Source of the DNA: Macrostomum lignano
Taxonomy: Eukaryota
NCBI GenBank assembly: GCA_002269645.1
Contig: NIVC01002000.1
Span: 1 to 57,802 of the forward strand
DNA length: 57,802 bases
Direction: 5' to 3'
Every line of letters begins with the position of its first letter. Within the stretch, counting starts at the first letter, position 1. Of the stretch, positions 23,609 to 37,496 are shown piece after piece. The position numbers were made by a program, and so were the translations under genes. A model generated the notes under the pieces. The model made no database searches. It was not told where the DNA came from and worked only from the letters and a program-made list of their open reading frames with translations.

Positions 23609-26006
23609 CTGGGAATAAAACAAATACGAATATACATTCCAGTTAGACTACTGTACAGTAGAAAGAAAAGAATATAATATTTTTATGTAATAAAATCAAC
23701 TGCATCATCGGTTAATTTATATAGTTAAGCGCAGCAAATATGAATGAATGCTACTGGCAATCTGATATGCTAAGTCATAAAGTTGAAGCCAGCAAATATC
23801 CTGAAACTGGGATGGGAGTAAACTAACAGTCTTGGCAAATAGCAGGCAAGAATAAAAAAGACCCAAATATTGGACTCGAGAACAAATTGCAGTTGTAGCC
23901 GATTGGAAATAGCATCTGGTTACATTTGCGCTGCAATCCTTTCATGGCCGCCTATAAAATAACTTGTATGCATTTATTCATCAAGCAAGTTAAACAAACA
24001 CCGAAGGCGATGGGAAACTTGCACCCTTTATCGGGACCCTATCTTTTGGCGCAGTTGCCTGCTAGTATGCTATTATATTCCTAAAGCGCTATGACGCAAT
24101 TAAGTTAGGCGCGGATTATAGAAGAGCAAATTATGAAAGAAACAAGAACCGTTTAGTGAATGAAGACACTTGGAAGTCAGAGAGACAGGAAAGAGAAAAG
24201 CTACCGTGGGAAACTATAGGCCTCTGAATGAAATCTGTAGAGATCAGTTGGGAAGATAAGCCCCAGACCTCGGCTCGGCAGCTTCGGCAGCCGGGGCGTC
24301 GGAGAACACGTCGGAGTGTTGAGAGTGTACAGCAGAGCGGCCGAGGTGCCGGAGCCGGTTTGGCCAATCTGCCAGAAGGCTACGGAGCCGTCGCTGTGCC
24401 CGGTGACCAGCAGGTCCCAGATGGCCTGCTTCGCTTCGCTGTCGCCGCCAGCAGACGTGGTGGCCTCCTGATTAGCGGCAGCCGGCTCAGTGGCTGGTGG
24501 CTTCTCCGACTCCTCGGCGGCTGGGCGCACCAGCGTTTTGCCGCCGTTGATTGGCCAAAGCGCGAGTTGAATAGCCGGAGCTGCTGCTATTAGAAGCGGC
24601 GGCCAACAAAGCGGCCCGGATCTGCTCTGTGCCGGCAGTCTCGGTGCCGTAGATTCGAGCGGCCGTGATTGGGGCACCAGTGGCACTAACTGCCGAAAGA
24701 TAAGGCAGCCGGAACTCCGGCCACTGGCACCGTACAGGTCCAAGGCCACCAGCTGGGACTCGCACAGCACTAGCAGAGTGTGTGGCTCGTCATAGCCAGC
24801 CTGGCCAGTATTGCCATCGCCTGGCGAGCACAGCAGCGCCAAGTCGACAACTGGCGAGCACAGGTCCAAGCAGACGTGCTCCTGCTCGCGAAGCAGAGTG
24901 ACGGTGTGCGATCGGCGTGAGTGTTCTTAGCCATGCCGCCGGCTAGCACGGTGATGCTGCCTAGTTTAGCGGTGCGGTGCACCAGGTGCGTGACTGGCAG
25001 GCAGGGGAACGGGCCATAGACAGTCTGCGGATTGTCGGCAGTTTTCAATAGGCGACTAGCCTCGGCCGGCTCGTCGGCCCGCCAAACGGCGTAGCTACCG
25101 TCCGAGTGGCCCGTGTAGATGGCGCTGGCGTCGGTTTGCCAGCTCAGGCAGCGCAGCTCGGCGGCGCCGGGAGCCACACTGTGCAGGCTGCAATCGGAGC
25201 TATTCAGCACGGCCACTGTGCCGGAGCTGAAGCCGACGGCGATCTGCTTGCCGGTGGTCGGGCTGGCCTCGATAGCCACAACGGAGCCCCAGCCGTGCAG
25301 CTGGCTGCGGGCCTCTTCGGTTAGGCTGGGAATAAAACAAATACGAATATACATTCCAGTTAGACTACTGTACAGTAGAAAGAAAAGAATATAATATTTT
25401 TATGTAATAAAATCAACTGCATCATCGGTTAATTTATATAGTTAAGCGCAGCAAATATGAATGAATGCTACTGGCAATCTGATATGCTAAGTCATAAAGT
25501 TGAAGCCAGCAAATATCCTGAAACTGGGATGGGGAGTAAACTAACAGTCTTGGCAAATAGCAGGCAAGAATAAAAAAGACCCAAATATTGGACTCGAGAA
25601 CAAATTGCAGTTGTAGCCGATTGGAAATAGCATCTGGTTACATTTGCGCTGCAATCTTTCATGGCCGCCTATAAAATAACTTGTATGCATTTATTCATCA
25701 AGCAAGTTAAACAAACACCGAAGGCGATGGGAAACTTGCACCCTTTATCGGGACCCTATCTTTGGCGCAGTTGCCTGAGACTGTTGCAAATATTATATAA
25801 TAAACCTCTAAAGCGCTATGACGCAATTAAGTTAGGCGCGGATTATAGAAGAGCAAATTATGGAAAGCAAACAAGAACCGGTTTAGTGAATGAAGACACT
25901 TGGAAGTCAGAGAGACAGGAAAAGAGAAAAGCTACCGTGGGAAACTATAGGCCTCTGAATGAAATCTGTAGAGATCTAAGCAGTTGGGACGATAAGCCCC
26001 AGCCCT
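22554..26006. repeat. ~1.72-kb tandem duplication (22554-24269 / 24270-26006) of intron plus 5' part of the lgl large exon
   Basis: Near-identical copies that differ almost only by small indels; junction at 24269/24270 (ccccagacct|cggctcggc). Confidence 0.9.
24270..25325 (-). pseudogene. lgl: Truncated duplicate of lgl large-exon 5' part (or assembly artefact)
   Basis: Same acceptor (attcccag|c) and peptide as 23608-22554, with its own frameshifts; runs into intron sequence at 24269. Confidence 0.7.
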
Positions 26007-27199
26007 CGTGACCTTCCGTTGAATTTCTCTTAACTGTTGCGCAATCAGGCATCCAATGTAAACTGCCCCAGCTAGAATAGGCAAACATAAACACTTTGTG
26101 GTTTGACCCGTCCCTTCCACCCGATGGCCCACTGATAATAAAGTGTTGCTCTTGACCTTGCGACCCGGGGCTTAGTGTTGGGCCAGAAAGAACTGGAAAT
26201 CAAATGCATATATATCCGTCTCATATCTCTAGTTCAATGCTGACTCACTGCTAGAAATTAGAGGTTCCCAGCGTTCTTAGGAATTAGGATCGGGGCTTAG
26301 AGATTTCTAAAAAAACCAGACCAGACCAAAACCAAGGACTATTTAAGTAGGACGGGAAAACTTCATTTCTTGGAAACTCAGGAGGCAGGTTCTACTGTAA
26401 AAATACCTTACAGAGGTTTTCACTATAAACGTAGTTCCCCATCCTTCTACTTAATTAGGCCTTGCAGCAGACAAAGATACGATTGCTTTTGTTATTTACA
26501 GTGAAGTAATTTCAATCTTAACTTGAAAAATCAATCAATAATTAAAATTGAACTAGAGCAAGCCAACCAACAATTGCAATCATGATCATTGAGATTGCAC
26601 GGCATTTGATATAAAGCAGGCAATTATTTAATCAAACGCGCTAGTAGATCAGACTCAGCCCGGCTGAGTGCCAGATAAACACACACACACACACACACTG
26701 GTAGATTATATGCATATAGTTCAATATATAGAGCTTACTGTAATGAAAACATTTTTAAAATAACCGAGCCGAACTGTAAAACAATTTTTTGACGATATAA
26801 ATATGAGTAAATCACAGTCAAAGCAGAAGTTTAGTGTCATGACATAAACTTAACTATTGGGATTCTTAGGATTTTAATACAGGTGCAGCCATTCCATTGG
26901 ATAGTTGATGAATTATGAATAAGTAGGTTCTCTGCAATCTTGGATATACTTTAAATCTCTTGGGCAGGACCATGCTGCTATGTGGCATTCCAGGTTAGCC
27001 TAAAACAATTCTAGAAACTAGAAATTCCAGGAAGCATCCTAGGTAATTAATAATTTAACGCCACAGGTAAGATTTCTTTAGGGGGGGGGCGGCAGCTAAC
27101 ATGAAATCTTGGCATCCGGATAACACAAAAAACAGATTTTGCAAACTGCATGTACCTGACAACGACCTCACATAGGTGGGTCCCGAAATGAATTATTAA

Positions 27200-27607
27200 G
27201 TATTGGTTTTGTCAGCCCAACTCAGAACAAAGCCACCCAAAGTGAGAATCCTGCCCACGCCGACCGCGAAGGGCCTGGCTGCGTGCAGCCTTAGTCTATG
27301 GGCCATAGACTATAAAGGACAAGCAAAGTGATAAAAAACCATCCAATGTGAGACTCCTGCCTACGCTGACTGCGAAGGGCCCGGCTGCGTGCAGCCTTAG
27401 TCTATGGGCCATAGACCATAAAGGAGAAGCAAAGTTTTAAAAGACCAATCGATTCTCACATTGGATGGCTTTTTATCACTTTGCTTGTCCTTTATAGTCT
27501 ATGGCCCATAGACTAAGGCTGCACACAGCCAGGCCCTTCGCAGTCAGCGTAGGCAGGATTCTCACTTTGGATGGCCCCACTCCCAGTTAGGCTGACAAAA
27601 CCAATAC
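27200..27607. mobile_element. Foldback MITE with ~150-bp inverted arms and TAA TSD (PIF/Harbinger-Tourist-like)
   Basis: taa|gtattggttttgtcagcc ... ggctgacaaaaccaatac|taa; arms ~27200-27352 and ~27455-27607 are reverse complements. Confidence 0.8.
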
Positions 27608-28678
27608 TAAAAAAATGTTAATAAACTAATTGAATCTCAATCTAGACCATGTGCCGGCCAACCTTTCTACCTCAATGGGCCAGATAGATTCTAGCGGGAG
27701 AGAAGAGTCTTAGAAGAGAAGAGACAAACCTTGAGCGGACGGGATTGCTATTGTGATTTGTGGAAGTTTCAAAGGATACAGAGGCTTCGCGGGCCCCAGT
27801 TTGCCGACCCCTGATCTGGACAGGCAGACAATTTAAACAAGCAGATTTGCCGCACTCACCCTTTATCGATGGCCTCCCCAGATGTGGCAGACTCGGCAAA
27901 TTTCCAATCCTTGACTTCAACTAGGCGCACAGAGCCGCTGGCGTAGCCTAGGCAGAGCCTGTCCCCGCCAATCAGGCCCATTGTTGTTGCCGTCTGTCCA
28001 TCGGCTCCGTCGGCCGGGCCGGCTAGCAGATCGGCGGCGTGCTCGAGGCGCCAGTTGCTATGGGAACCGCTAGTGTTCTCATTGAGTTCCCATTTGTGCA
28101 GTCGATTGTCGGAAGTGAGGCTAACAAGCCGGCCCTGAGCGATGGAGGCAAGAGTTTTAACTCATTAGTAATGCAGCGGTCCTAGCTAAATTACTGATTA
28201 AGCTACGTCGTACTAACCGCAACCAACTCTGCTTAACTCGACTAGAGACCCTTTTTTAATACTTATAATTGAAATCTCTAAGAAAGCCTAGCTGATTTAA
28301 TAGAGAGATAATATTATAAAAAATCCCAACGGACGTTCATAATAATGAAATAATGAATATTAATGGGGGGTATTTTATTAGCCAAGCCAAGGGGGCAGCA
28401 ATAAATTTTACTGATCCCAGTTGGAGAGCGTCTTGGCCTTAGCCCCGGACGTGGTCAATATTTGCGGCTTAAAAAATGGCATACCTCCCCCGGCCTCGGT
28501 CATTCTGGCTGGAAAAGGAAAGAAGTCAACTATTGATATAACGACAAAAGATATAAATCATCGTTATCCCACTAATCCTATAACCTTCCGAGTTTTCGAC
28601 CTCGGGTAATATATAAATAACAAGGAGAAAACTCTGCCGTGTTTTCCTTTGATATGCAGAAATAAAGCAGGCCCTTAC

Positions 28679-28760
28679 CTCATCTGGCAGGAACAGTAGT
28701 TGTTTAATCTCGCAAGCGTCTTTATGACAGGCGGAGAACTCGTGACCCGGCGCGCCGTAA
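28679..28760 (-). CDS. lgl: Lgl exon 3 (YGAPGHEFSACHKDACEIKQLLFLPDE)
   Basis: ctttcag| acceptor and |gtaagg donor; matches Lgl 'IYGAPGVEF..lH' motif; phases fit. Confidence 0.88.
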
Positions 28761-28868
28761 CTGAAAGAATTAGACATTTTAATAACGGTAGCTTAAAAGT
28801 GCGGCAGAGTAAACATACTAGATTGACCAGATTAAAAACTGCCCAAAGACAAAGGCAAAAAAACTTAC

Positions 28869-28966
28869 ATGAGAATTTCTCCAGTCTTTGTACCAATGGC
28901 CAGCAAGTTGAGCTGAGGATCGTGAGCAATTGTTGTCGCATTGTCCGGAAATCCGATTTTGCACAG
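28869..28966 (-). CDS. lgl: Lgl exon 2 (LCKIGFPDNATTIAHDPQLNLLAIGTKTGEIL)
   Basis: attttag| acceptor and |gtaagt donor; matches Lgl/tomosyn 'hGFP..p.alA.DP...llAIGT.sG.i.i'. Confidence 0.9.
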
Positions 28967-30444
28967 CTAAAATATAAGCACATCGTGAAGGAGGGACGAT
29001 AGTAAATGTTTGTGTAGTGTCTGTATAGTGAAAAGTAGACACGATAGCTTAAAATCATTAAGCCTTGCCTTAGAAGAGTTGGAAAGATTAGGAAAAATAG
29101 TCTTAAAATAGGTTATTTTTTAGTTGAAATTCTGGTGTAAACATTTTTATAGTTAAAGCATAACATTAACAGCTTAAGTTCATTAGTTCCAAAACATGCC
29201 GTCGTTGCGACAGAGAAATGCCCTTTCTCTAGGAACACCCTCTGGCCCCAAGCTAAATTTTCTCTCTTTCGCTGCTTCACTGTACAGCGTACAATGTGCG
29301 CTCTCCCCAGCCCAAGCAATGATTCAGCATTCTATTTTTAGCACAAACAGACAGACGCACACTCATTCAACCCGCCACCCTAAACCCTTGGCGCGTGCGC
29401 TTCTATCTATACTAACCCTGGATAGATAAGGCAGACGGGGGTGGGAGTAGGGGTGGGTGTTGTGATAGAGAGGACAAGCGAGCCCTGGCGTGTCATTGCA
29501 ATTGGCCCTCCCTCTGTTTTGCATGGAGTGGGGGTTGTTGTTTCGGGGACTGGACTGGGGAAGGAGCAGGCCAGGAGAAAGAAAGTGTCCAGAGAAAGAG
29601 AGGGCTTCTAAGCATTGGGTGGGACTGGAAGCCCGCGAACGGAGGAAAACCCTGGAAAAAGCGCAGGACAAAAATCCTGCAACCTCAACCAGGCCAGACG
29701 TGGAGGGGGAGACTTTAGGCTTTAGTGTGAGCTTGCGAAGGAGCGAGAGGGGAAACTGCTACATGACTCAGCGAGAGAAATTTTAGGGGGTGGGGCGTCA
29801 TTCCTCAAAGCAGCGCATTAGTCACCCACTCACCATCACCATCATTACCGCGACTATTTTAGTTTGGCATTAATGACCAGTCTGAGTGGATTATAGATGA
29901 GTAGGCTTTCAATTCTATTAGTCGTGGTAGACTGTATTACTGAGTAATTGTTAAGCAAGCTAATAATATTCATACAATTCTTTTTTCAATGTCCGAATGT
30001 CTGCAAAAGCGATATCTAGTCTCTAGATTGCAAAAAATGTAACTAAAATTCCAAATGTATTGTCCGCTTGGTTGAGCAAATGTTATTGTAACTACGAAAT
30101 ATATGGAATTGTTCATTCTGCACTTTTTTAACTGAAAGTCTTTATCTATAACACCACGATACTTTATGAGAATAAATAATAAACAAATAAAGAAATTACG
30201 GCACATACAGAACTACCGTTATAAAAGTAAAAGTATTACTTAGTACAATCTTCGTTACAATTGCTATTACCGAATAGAAATTTAATGCACACATTCCGAC
30301 ACATACAAAACAGACAAATGTTATATTATATTTTAGCTATTCACTAAACAATCCCAGTTTCTGTTTAAAGTAACTTTACAGAAGCAGGCTGCAAGAAACA
30401 GGAAAATTAAAAGGAAGAGAATAATATAAACTTAGAATTCTTAC

Positions 30445-30567
30445 CTCGCCAAGATCGAAGAATTCTTTGAACTGTTTCAACTGCTTGTCGCTAGCCTTGG
30501 CTTGGCCACCGCTAGACAGATGCAACTTGTGCGGCAGGTCGCGGAAGGTGCCAATTAGTTTTGCCAT
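30445..30567 (-). CDS. lgl: Lgl exon 1 (MAKLIGTFRDL...KQFKEFFDLGE)
   Basis: ATG at 30567; gag|gtaagaa donor, phase 0, in frame with exon 2. Exon(s) between 28679 and 25325 could not be resolved. Confidence 0.75.
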
Positions 30568-32439
30568 TGAAGAAGCTTAAAAGTTTGCTTGAAATTAAAA
30601 AAAGCCTTGCAGCTGAAAGTAAAAGCGCAGAAAGTGACAACAAACGACGGTGGCAGACGCAAACAATAGAACAAGCGCGCTCCTGACTGAATAAACTTTG
30701 TCCTAGCTGCTCCGCTCCACTTTCTAACTTCAACTAAAATAAACCGCAAACCCACGACAGCTAGGGTTTTAATAATACGCTCGTAAAAGAGGTAAGAGAG
30801 GTGACAATCGCACGGAATATAAAGGGGGGAGGGGAGGGGGTTGGTGGGGTTTATTTTCCTGTCCAACCGTTTTTCGTGTACAGCCAGACGACCTACCCCC
30901 CCCCTCCACATTGACAGACACTGTACATTGAAACAAAATAAAAACGATTTTCTACTCGTGTTACACTACTCAATAGTAGCTCGAAGTAAAATTATACGGG
31001 ACGGGAAACTACATTTCTTAGATAATGTTTATGACGCTGCTTTTGCCAAAAATACATTACGGAGATAGGAAGTTTTCATTTTTCAGCACAAAAAGTTGTT
31101 ATTGGTTTTGATCAGAGGCAGACCCAATCTTTATCTTTTTATGTTTAGCCTTTTTATAGCTCAATTGATAGTTATAAAGCTTTTTGTTTTAGAAAATGAA
31201 TTCTACATGTCAATTTATTATTCTATGTATATTTCCTGTACCTAAGAATAAAAAATGGAGCATAGCTTAACACAATCAGCTATCACAATCAGCTGATAAA
31301 ATAGATTCATAAAACCAATGAGCTAAGCTATGCCATGTTAATGGTTTTCAGGCATAGTAAATGTACAGTTATATATAGAATAAAAAAATTAATATAGAAT
31401 CCTAATTTTCTGAATGAAAAGCTACATGCTTTAAGCATTTTCTAAGAAATTTAGTTTCCTACCTATCTAGTTAAGTAGTCATTATATATAAAGCATAATT
31501 ACAAGTATTTACAAAAGCATGCAACAATGTAGTGCCCCTGAAATAAATTTTTATCTTTAAAATACCAACAAGGTTATAAGTATCTTACAATAAATTTAAA
31601 TGCTAAAGTCTATAAAGTTTTAAGGTAATCTTCTTTTTACTATTAGAAACATCTTAGAAATATCTTTTGGTGAATTAGAGATTGACCAAGCCCAATATAT
31701 AGGAGCAATTCTGGAGCAAATAAATGTGAATACTACTGCATTCACCTATGCAGACAACCTTGATACAAATTTTATATGGGTTTAAAATGATAAAAATAAT
31801 CTCAATTTGAAAATGAATTAAAGGCCACTTCATTGAAAATAGATTGGAAAATGTATAAAGAATGGTTTAAAAGCAATAAAAATGACTTCAAGTGTTCTAA
31901 TATAATATATAAGTATAACATAATATCTTAGATATATCTTTTAGATATAATACTTAAATAGACATTAAAGCAGGACACCCTATAATCTTAGTACACTAAC
32001 GATTAAAAGAAAAAATCATATAACATAAACATATAAGCAATATACTACTTATCTGGCTTACATATTATGATCCAAAAACCAAGGAGCAGTCATGTGAGTG
32101 GTGCAGGCTAGAAGGTAACCTAGTCAAGGCTTGTATTGCTCAATCTTCAGGTAAGACAAAGATCATTTTTTTGGGACACCAAAGGCATGATCTATATTGA
32201 TTTACTTAAGTCAAGCCACACAGTCAATGCTGCTTAGTACATTGACCTACTAAGTAGGCTGTTTTGCTATAAACTTGCTAAAAATGGCCTAAAAAGCTGT
32301 ACTCTTGGCTACTCCTTTAGCACAATTTTAGGCCTCATATTGCCAGGTACACTATGAGAATAGTTGGCGATCTACTCTTACTTTCAGCTCAGCACTTACT
32401 GTCCATTTCTGCAGTAGGTCCTAGCTCAGTTCAACTGCC

Positions 32440-32900
32440 ACTTCAATAAACAGAATTCCATGCTTCTACGACTGACGTGTCTGCTTCCAAAGTACATCCA
32501 GCTATACAATTTTGAAGATTTGAAGCCCATTGTTGAGCAGTTTGGCAGCTATTTGGAAGGCAGCAACATTGTTGCTGGTGAGTTCAACTGTTGGAGGAAC
32601 CTGGGGAAAGGCCAAAAATCAAGCCCAAAGACAGACATGGCAATCAGTGCCCTGGCCAACTGCAATGCAAATTTCTTTCCAAACATTTTTGCACTGCTGA
32701 AAATTGCTGCAACACTGCCAATCACGACTGCCACCATGAAGAGATCATTCTCCAGCCTTCACTTGCTGAAGACATACCTGTGAGCCACAATGGACCAATC
32801 AAGGCTAGTTGGCTTGGCTTTGCTATATATCCATTCCGACGTTGCAGTCGATCCAGATTGGGTCATCAATCAATTTTGCATGAGTTACTCCTACATGGAT
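32440..32900 (+). pseudogene. hAT transposase C-terminal dimerisation-domain fragment
   Basis: FFPNIFALLKIAATLPITTATMKRSFSSLHLLKTYL*ATMDQSRLVGLALLYIH (stop at a conserved Arg). A hAT-like terminus gatccgccactg lies at 33529-33540. Confidence 0.85.
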
Positions 32901-34855
32901 TTTGCAGTGTAAATTTTGCCCCCATGTGACTCTGTAACTGTAATTGACTCTGACTCTCAGTTTCTCTCTGTTGCTCCAATGCTTTTCCATGTGCGCTGAA
33001 TTGCTTTTTTTTTCTTTCTTTCTTCCCTGGTTGATCCATTAAGCAACCAGAGGACATACTTGGATAGACCTTGGATAGATAGTTAGGGGTTGCTAGAAGC
33101 TATTCAAAATTGTCTCTTAGGATTTGTCTAAATTTATGAGCTCTGCACTTAATTCTTTATTTGTTTCACTTTACCTAAAATTTTCTAAATTCCTGTCTGT
33201 CATAAAAATCATGTTTTTGTAAGTATAAAATGCAAAATATACATTACAATAAGATATTCAATTCTATGCTACAGTGTACACTTGAAAAATTACAGTGTAC
33301 ACTGTTTTATAGAAAGCTCTCATTTAGGTTGTTTGGATTTCAAAAAATGCCTGTTGCTTAGACTCCTGGAATTGTAACATTAGACCTTAGGTTAGGTTAG
33401 ATCATTTAGATGCTAGCATGTGTAACTCTAATAGGCTTATTTGCACTTTCTGGCGGCCTTGGCACCCTTATCTGTGATTATCATTGGCATCTCCCTGATA
33501 GTCTGCCTCCCCCTAAACAGAATTCCTAGATCCGCCACTGTTCTGTAATGCAATAATATTTGCAAATTAATTTGAGGAATCTATATGTAGTGCATATAGT
33601 TATGGCAACTACAAAAAAACTTTTATTATTGCAATGTCTCACTAGCCCCATGTGTAAAGCATAACTGCTGGCCATTTTTCCCTATAGAGAATGATAGCCA
33701 AACTGATAAAAACAAAGTAGGCTTAACTATCATATTTCTAATAAATTGAGCCTAATATTCTATCATATACATGCGCAACCTTGGGAATCACTCACCATTT
33801 CTATTGGCAACACACACATATAAGTCACTATTGGCTAAGAGCAGTCACATGACTACTATTCTGCCCAATAAAAACTTAGGTGTATGTGTTGCCAATAGAA
33901 ACAGCCAGGTGAATCCCTAGATTGTGCCCAAGCATGTTCTATCAAAGCTAAAGGCAAAGCTATAATAGTTAGGCCTGATAAAATATCTAAATTTTCAATA
34001 TTTATACTTTTCTTTTTTATATCTAGTATATTAGTATTCTGGCCTAGTTTATTTTAGTGCCTAAATTTTAAATTAGAACTAAACCTAGAGCTAGATGTCA
34101 AAAATTGAAAATAGGTCCTAATCTATTAATAAATGCTTTGTAGCACTTTTATTTAAAATTAACTAAATATTATTTTTATCTTATTTAAGTTGAAAGGTCC
34201 CTTTGGTTCTTTAGTTTTGAAAAGTTTATTATACTTTATACAAGTAAAACATGCCAAAAATCATAGGTACTAAAAAAGCATAGAAACCCCCTAGGCCATA
34301 GTCCATTTCATTACAATTATGCCAGAAATCTCCAGCATAATTCTAGACAAAAAATAGCCTTGGCCTAAATGCTTGGCATAAGAAGTAATAGAAAATTGGA
34401 TTGGCATAAATGGCTGGCATAAAAACAATTATAGATTATATTTTGGCACATTTCCCTGAAAGGAAATAAATTTTGACTGTGGTTGATTGTGGTCATTAAT
34501 GACCATAGCTTATTTCAAGTATTTGAATACAACAGAGAATTTAAATAACTACATTTTAAGTATTTATAAAAAGTAAAACAAAGTTTAAAGTAAAAAAACG
34601 TGCTGTAATGCAAGAACATTATTATCTTTTTAATACTTATATGTTTATAAAGTTTTAATTATAATATACAAATGGAAACAAGAATGAATATTTTTTAAAT
34701 GAAAAATGTTTGTACAAACGGGCACCCTGCACCCCCCCCTAGTCTAGGCATTATGCCTAGCATGTGATACATAAGCCTAGCATAAGTCTGGTGTAAATGA
34801 TGAAATTTCATCATTTTTCCTCCAGCATAACTCCAAGCATGAAATGGACTATGGC

Positions 34856-36655
34856 TAGGGATTGCCATCCTGGGATCCCAGGATCCCAAATCTCAGGATC
34901 CCGGACACTTTGGCCTGAAGGAATCCCAAGATTAAAGGCTTGGGATCCTGGGATTGGATACTTTTTTGATAAAGTGGGTGATATTCCAAGAAATATCAAA
35001 ATGTTTGTATTTTAAATACATTACACAAGTAAGTAACATTCGCGCGTCAAGACTTGTGACTTGTGATCATTCATGAAATTGTGTCGTGAGTCATGATTGT
35101 GATATGACTCTCAAATCTATATTCTCGAAGACGAATTATGAATTGTGAATCATAATACAAATACAAATTATATAAAACACCTTAGACTACCATGGAGGAG
35201 TGGCTGCAACTGGCCTTAGAATTATGTCATTTGCAAGAACAACAAGAAGTCAGCCAAGACCAGAGAGTCAATTCACTTGAGCAATCGATTGGGAAGGAGC
35301 TGGAATTTCTGCGCAGCACTGGGCAGTGTGGGAGGCAGCTGCAACTCCTCTATGATGCGCTGATGTCTATCCTGCCCAGCAGTGTCAAGGCAGAATAGGC
35401 ATTCTCTGCAGCCAGTGCATTTTTGACCAAGGTCAGATCCAGGCTAAATGATGGCACACTGTCAAAGCTTCTGCTGCTCAGGGCATATTTTGCGAAGAGC
35501 TGATTGTGAAGATTGCCAGATGCAGCTCTGCTACTGAGGTATCTGCCTAATGCATTTGACAGTTTTTCCTTTGTCTTCATACGAGTTGCTAGCTGCAGCT
35601 CTGGCTGCAGGTGAAAGATGCCAGTTAGGCATCTGCCTGATGCATTTCATATTAATTTTTTTCTTAATGGGTATAGCTATTTTTTTAAAGGAAACATAGA
35701 AATTATTAGTGGAAAACAATTATCCTACTATTGTAAAAAAATTTTGGGGGTTTGTTTTAATAATTTTTGTGTTATTCAGTTTTAGTTTTTAGTTTTTCCT
35801 TTGTCTCTATGCAAGTTGCCAGTTGCAGCTCTGGCTGCAAGTGAAAGATACCAATGAGGCATCTGCCTCATGCATTTTATATAATTTTACATAAATAAAA
35901 ACATTTTCCTTTTGTTTCCTTTTGAAAAATATCCTTAAGAAGCTGTTGAGGTGACTTTGATGCATTTTTGCTTTTTTCCATAGACAACAAAAGGGGAAAA
36001 GACAGTGCAGCCACAAACTGCTAGCTCTGTTGCAACCTGTAAACTTGCAGGCTTATTGATGTCTGCTAGGTGTTCAACACATTTATTGAAATCAGCCTAC
36101 ATATATATATATACTTCTACAAGCTTTGGAAGGAAACAAAAGCATGCCTAATTGCCTTGGGCATCGGACTTTAAGCCAAAGGCAATTTGTAAAACAAACT
36201 AGAGGTCAGAGTTGGACAAGCAGAAAATTTTGGTTAGGCATGAAATTTTGTGAAATTTTCAAAGTCAGGCATGATTGTGATCATGAACTTATATTTGCAT
36301 AGGCTACATTTATTATGAGTTTGTAAGTTACAATTACAAGTATAGAAAATAACAAAACAAGAAAAGAAACCATTATTATATATTAGATAATAGATAATTG
36401 GTAATGCTGTCAAGTATATAAAATATAAAATGTATTTACTTTACACATTTGACATTCATGTTTTCATTTTTTAGTAAAATCAAATAGAAAAGTTATTACT
36501 TCTAAAAAACATGTTAAAAAAGTGGGTTTTCTGGCATTCTATCAGCAAAAATATTTAAAATATCAATCCTGGGATTGGGTCCGGGATCTTGGGATAGAGT
36601 CATTGCTTTGTCTAGGATCCTAGGATTGTAAAACAGCTGGGATTTGCAATCTCTA
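34856..36655 (+). mobile_element. Internally deleted hAT element with transposase remnant (~35190-35500)
   Basis: TIR tagggattgc...gcaatctcta; perfect 8-bp TSD actatggc; remnant LMSILPSSVKAE*AFSAASAFLTKVRSRLND; subterminal ggatccc repeats. Confidence 0.9.
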
Positions 36656-36808
36656 ACTATGGCATTAAACACAATAAAATAGGCCCTAGGCCTACTATTA
36701 TAATATAATAATAGAATCTAACAATAACAACAATAATAATAATAATAATAAAATAATATTAATAGAACTAATAGTAGGCCTAATAAGGCTAGGTTTGACT
36801 ATAATTAT

Positions 36809-37496
36809 TAGAGCTGTCAAAATTAGAGATTTTAATCGAGACGAGATTCGAGACAAGAAAGGCTTTTAAGTCGAGAATTTCGAGACGAGACAAGACAAAG
36901 TAAATCTAAAAAATATATTTCAGAATTGCATCTTGTCTTGCTCTTATCTTGCCTTATCTTGTCTTAAATTTCTTAATAAGATACAATTCTAAAATATATT
37001 TTTTAGATTTTCTAGAATACTTTCTTAATTCTAGTTTAAATTCTTTGCTATTTATTCATAAGAATTTATGCTTGTAGCATATAGGCCCTTGGCCCTACTA
37101 TGTCTATTACTAATTCGTCAAAAGACCTGTGTAGATTGTCTTCAAGTTTGCTATGATACACCTTGCTATAGAACTGAAATGATAACTAAAAAAGTGCATA
37201 TGCAATGCAAATTCGTATATAACGACATTCGTTAAATAACTGCTCGACATTGGCTAGATTTTACCATTTGAAAATTGCCCTATCAAGCGTGTTACAACAA
37301 ACAGTTGTATTTATATGAAAATTTGCTCCCCTTTTATATCTTAGGCCTATCACTTCAAAGCTTTTGAAAAAAGGTATCAAAAAATTCTTGAATCTCATTT
37401 CGAATTTCTTGACAAAATTCGAGATTTCTCGAGATGAGAAAAAATGTCAAGATCTTGTCTTAAATCTTGTCTTGTCGAGATCTCGTGACAGCTCTA
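36809..37496. mobile_element. hAT-type MITE
   Basis: TIR tagagctgtca...tgacagctcta; perfect 8-bp TSD ataattat; subterminal cgagac/tcttgtc repeats. Confidence 0.9.

Noticed and set aside
25661-26200. ATVGNYRPL motif (LINE RT-like, + strand) or a missing lgl exon (TKCLCLPILAGAVYIG, - strand)
   Set aside because: Both resemblances are short, and I could not fit splice phases or further RT motifs.
20646-30567. Tomosyn/STXBP5 assignment
   Set aside because: YGPFPC and SLRQSFRR motifs are Lgl-type and no C-terminal R-SNARE helix is present.
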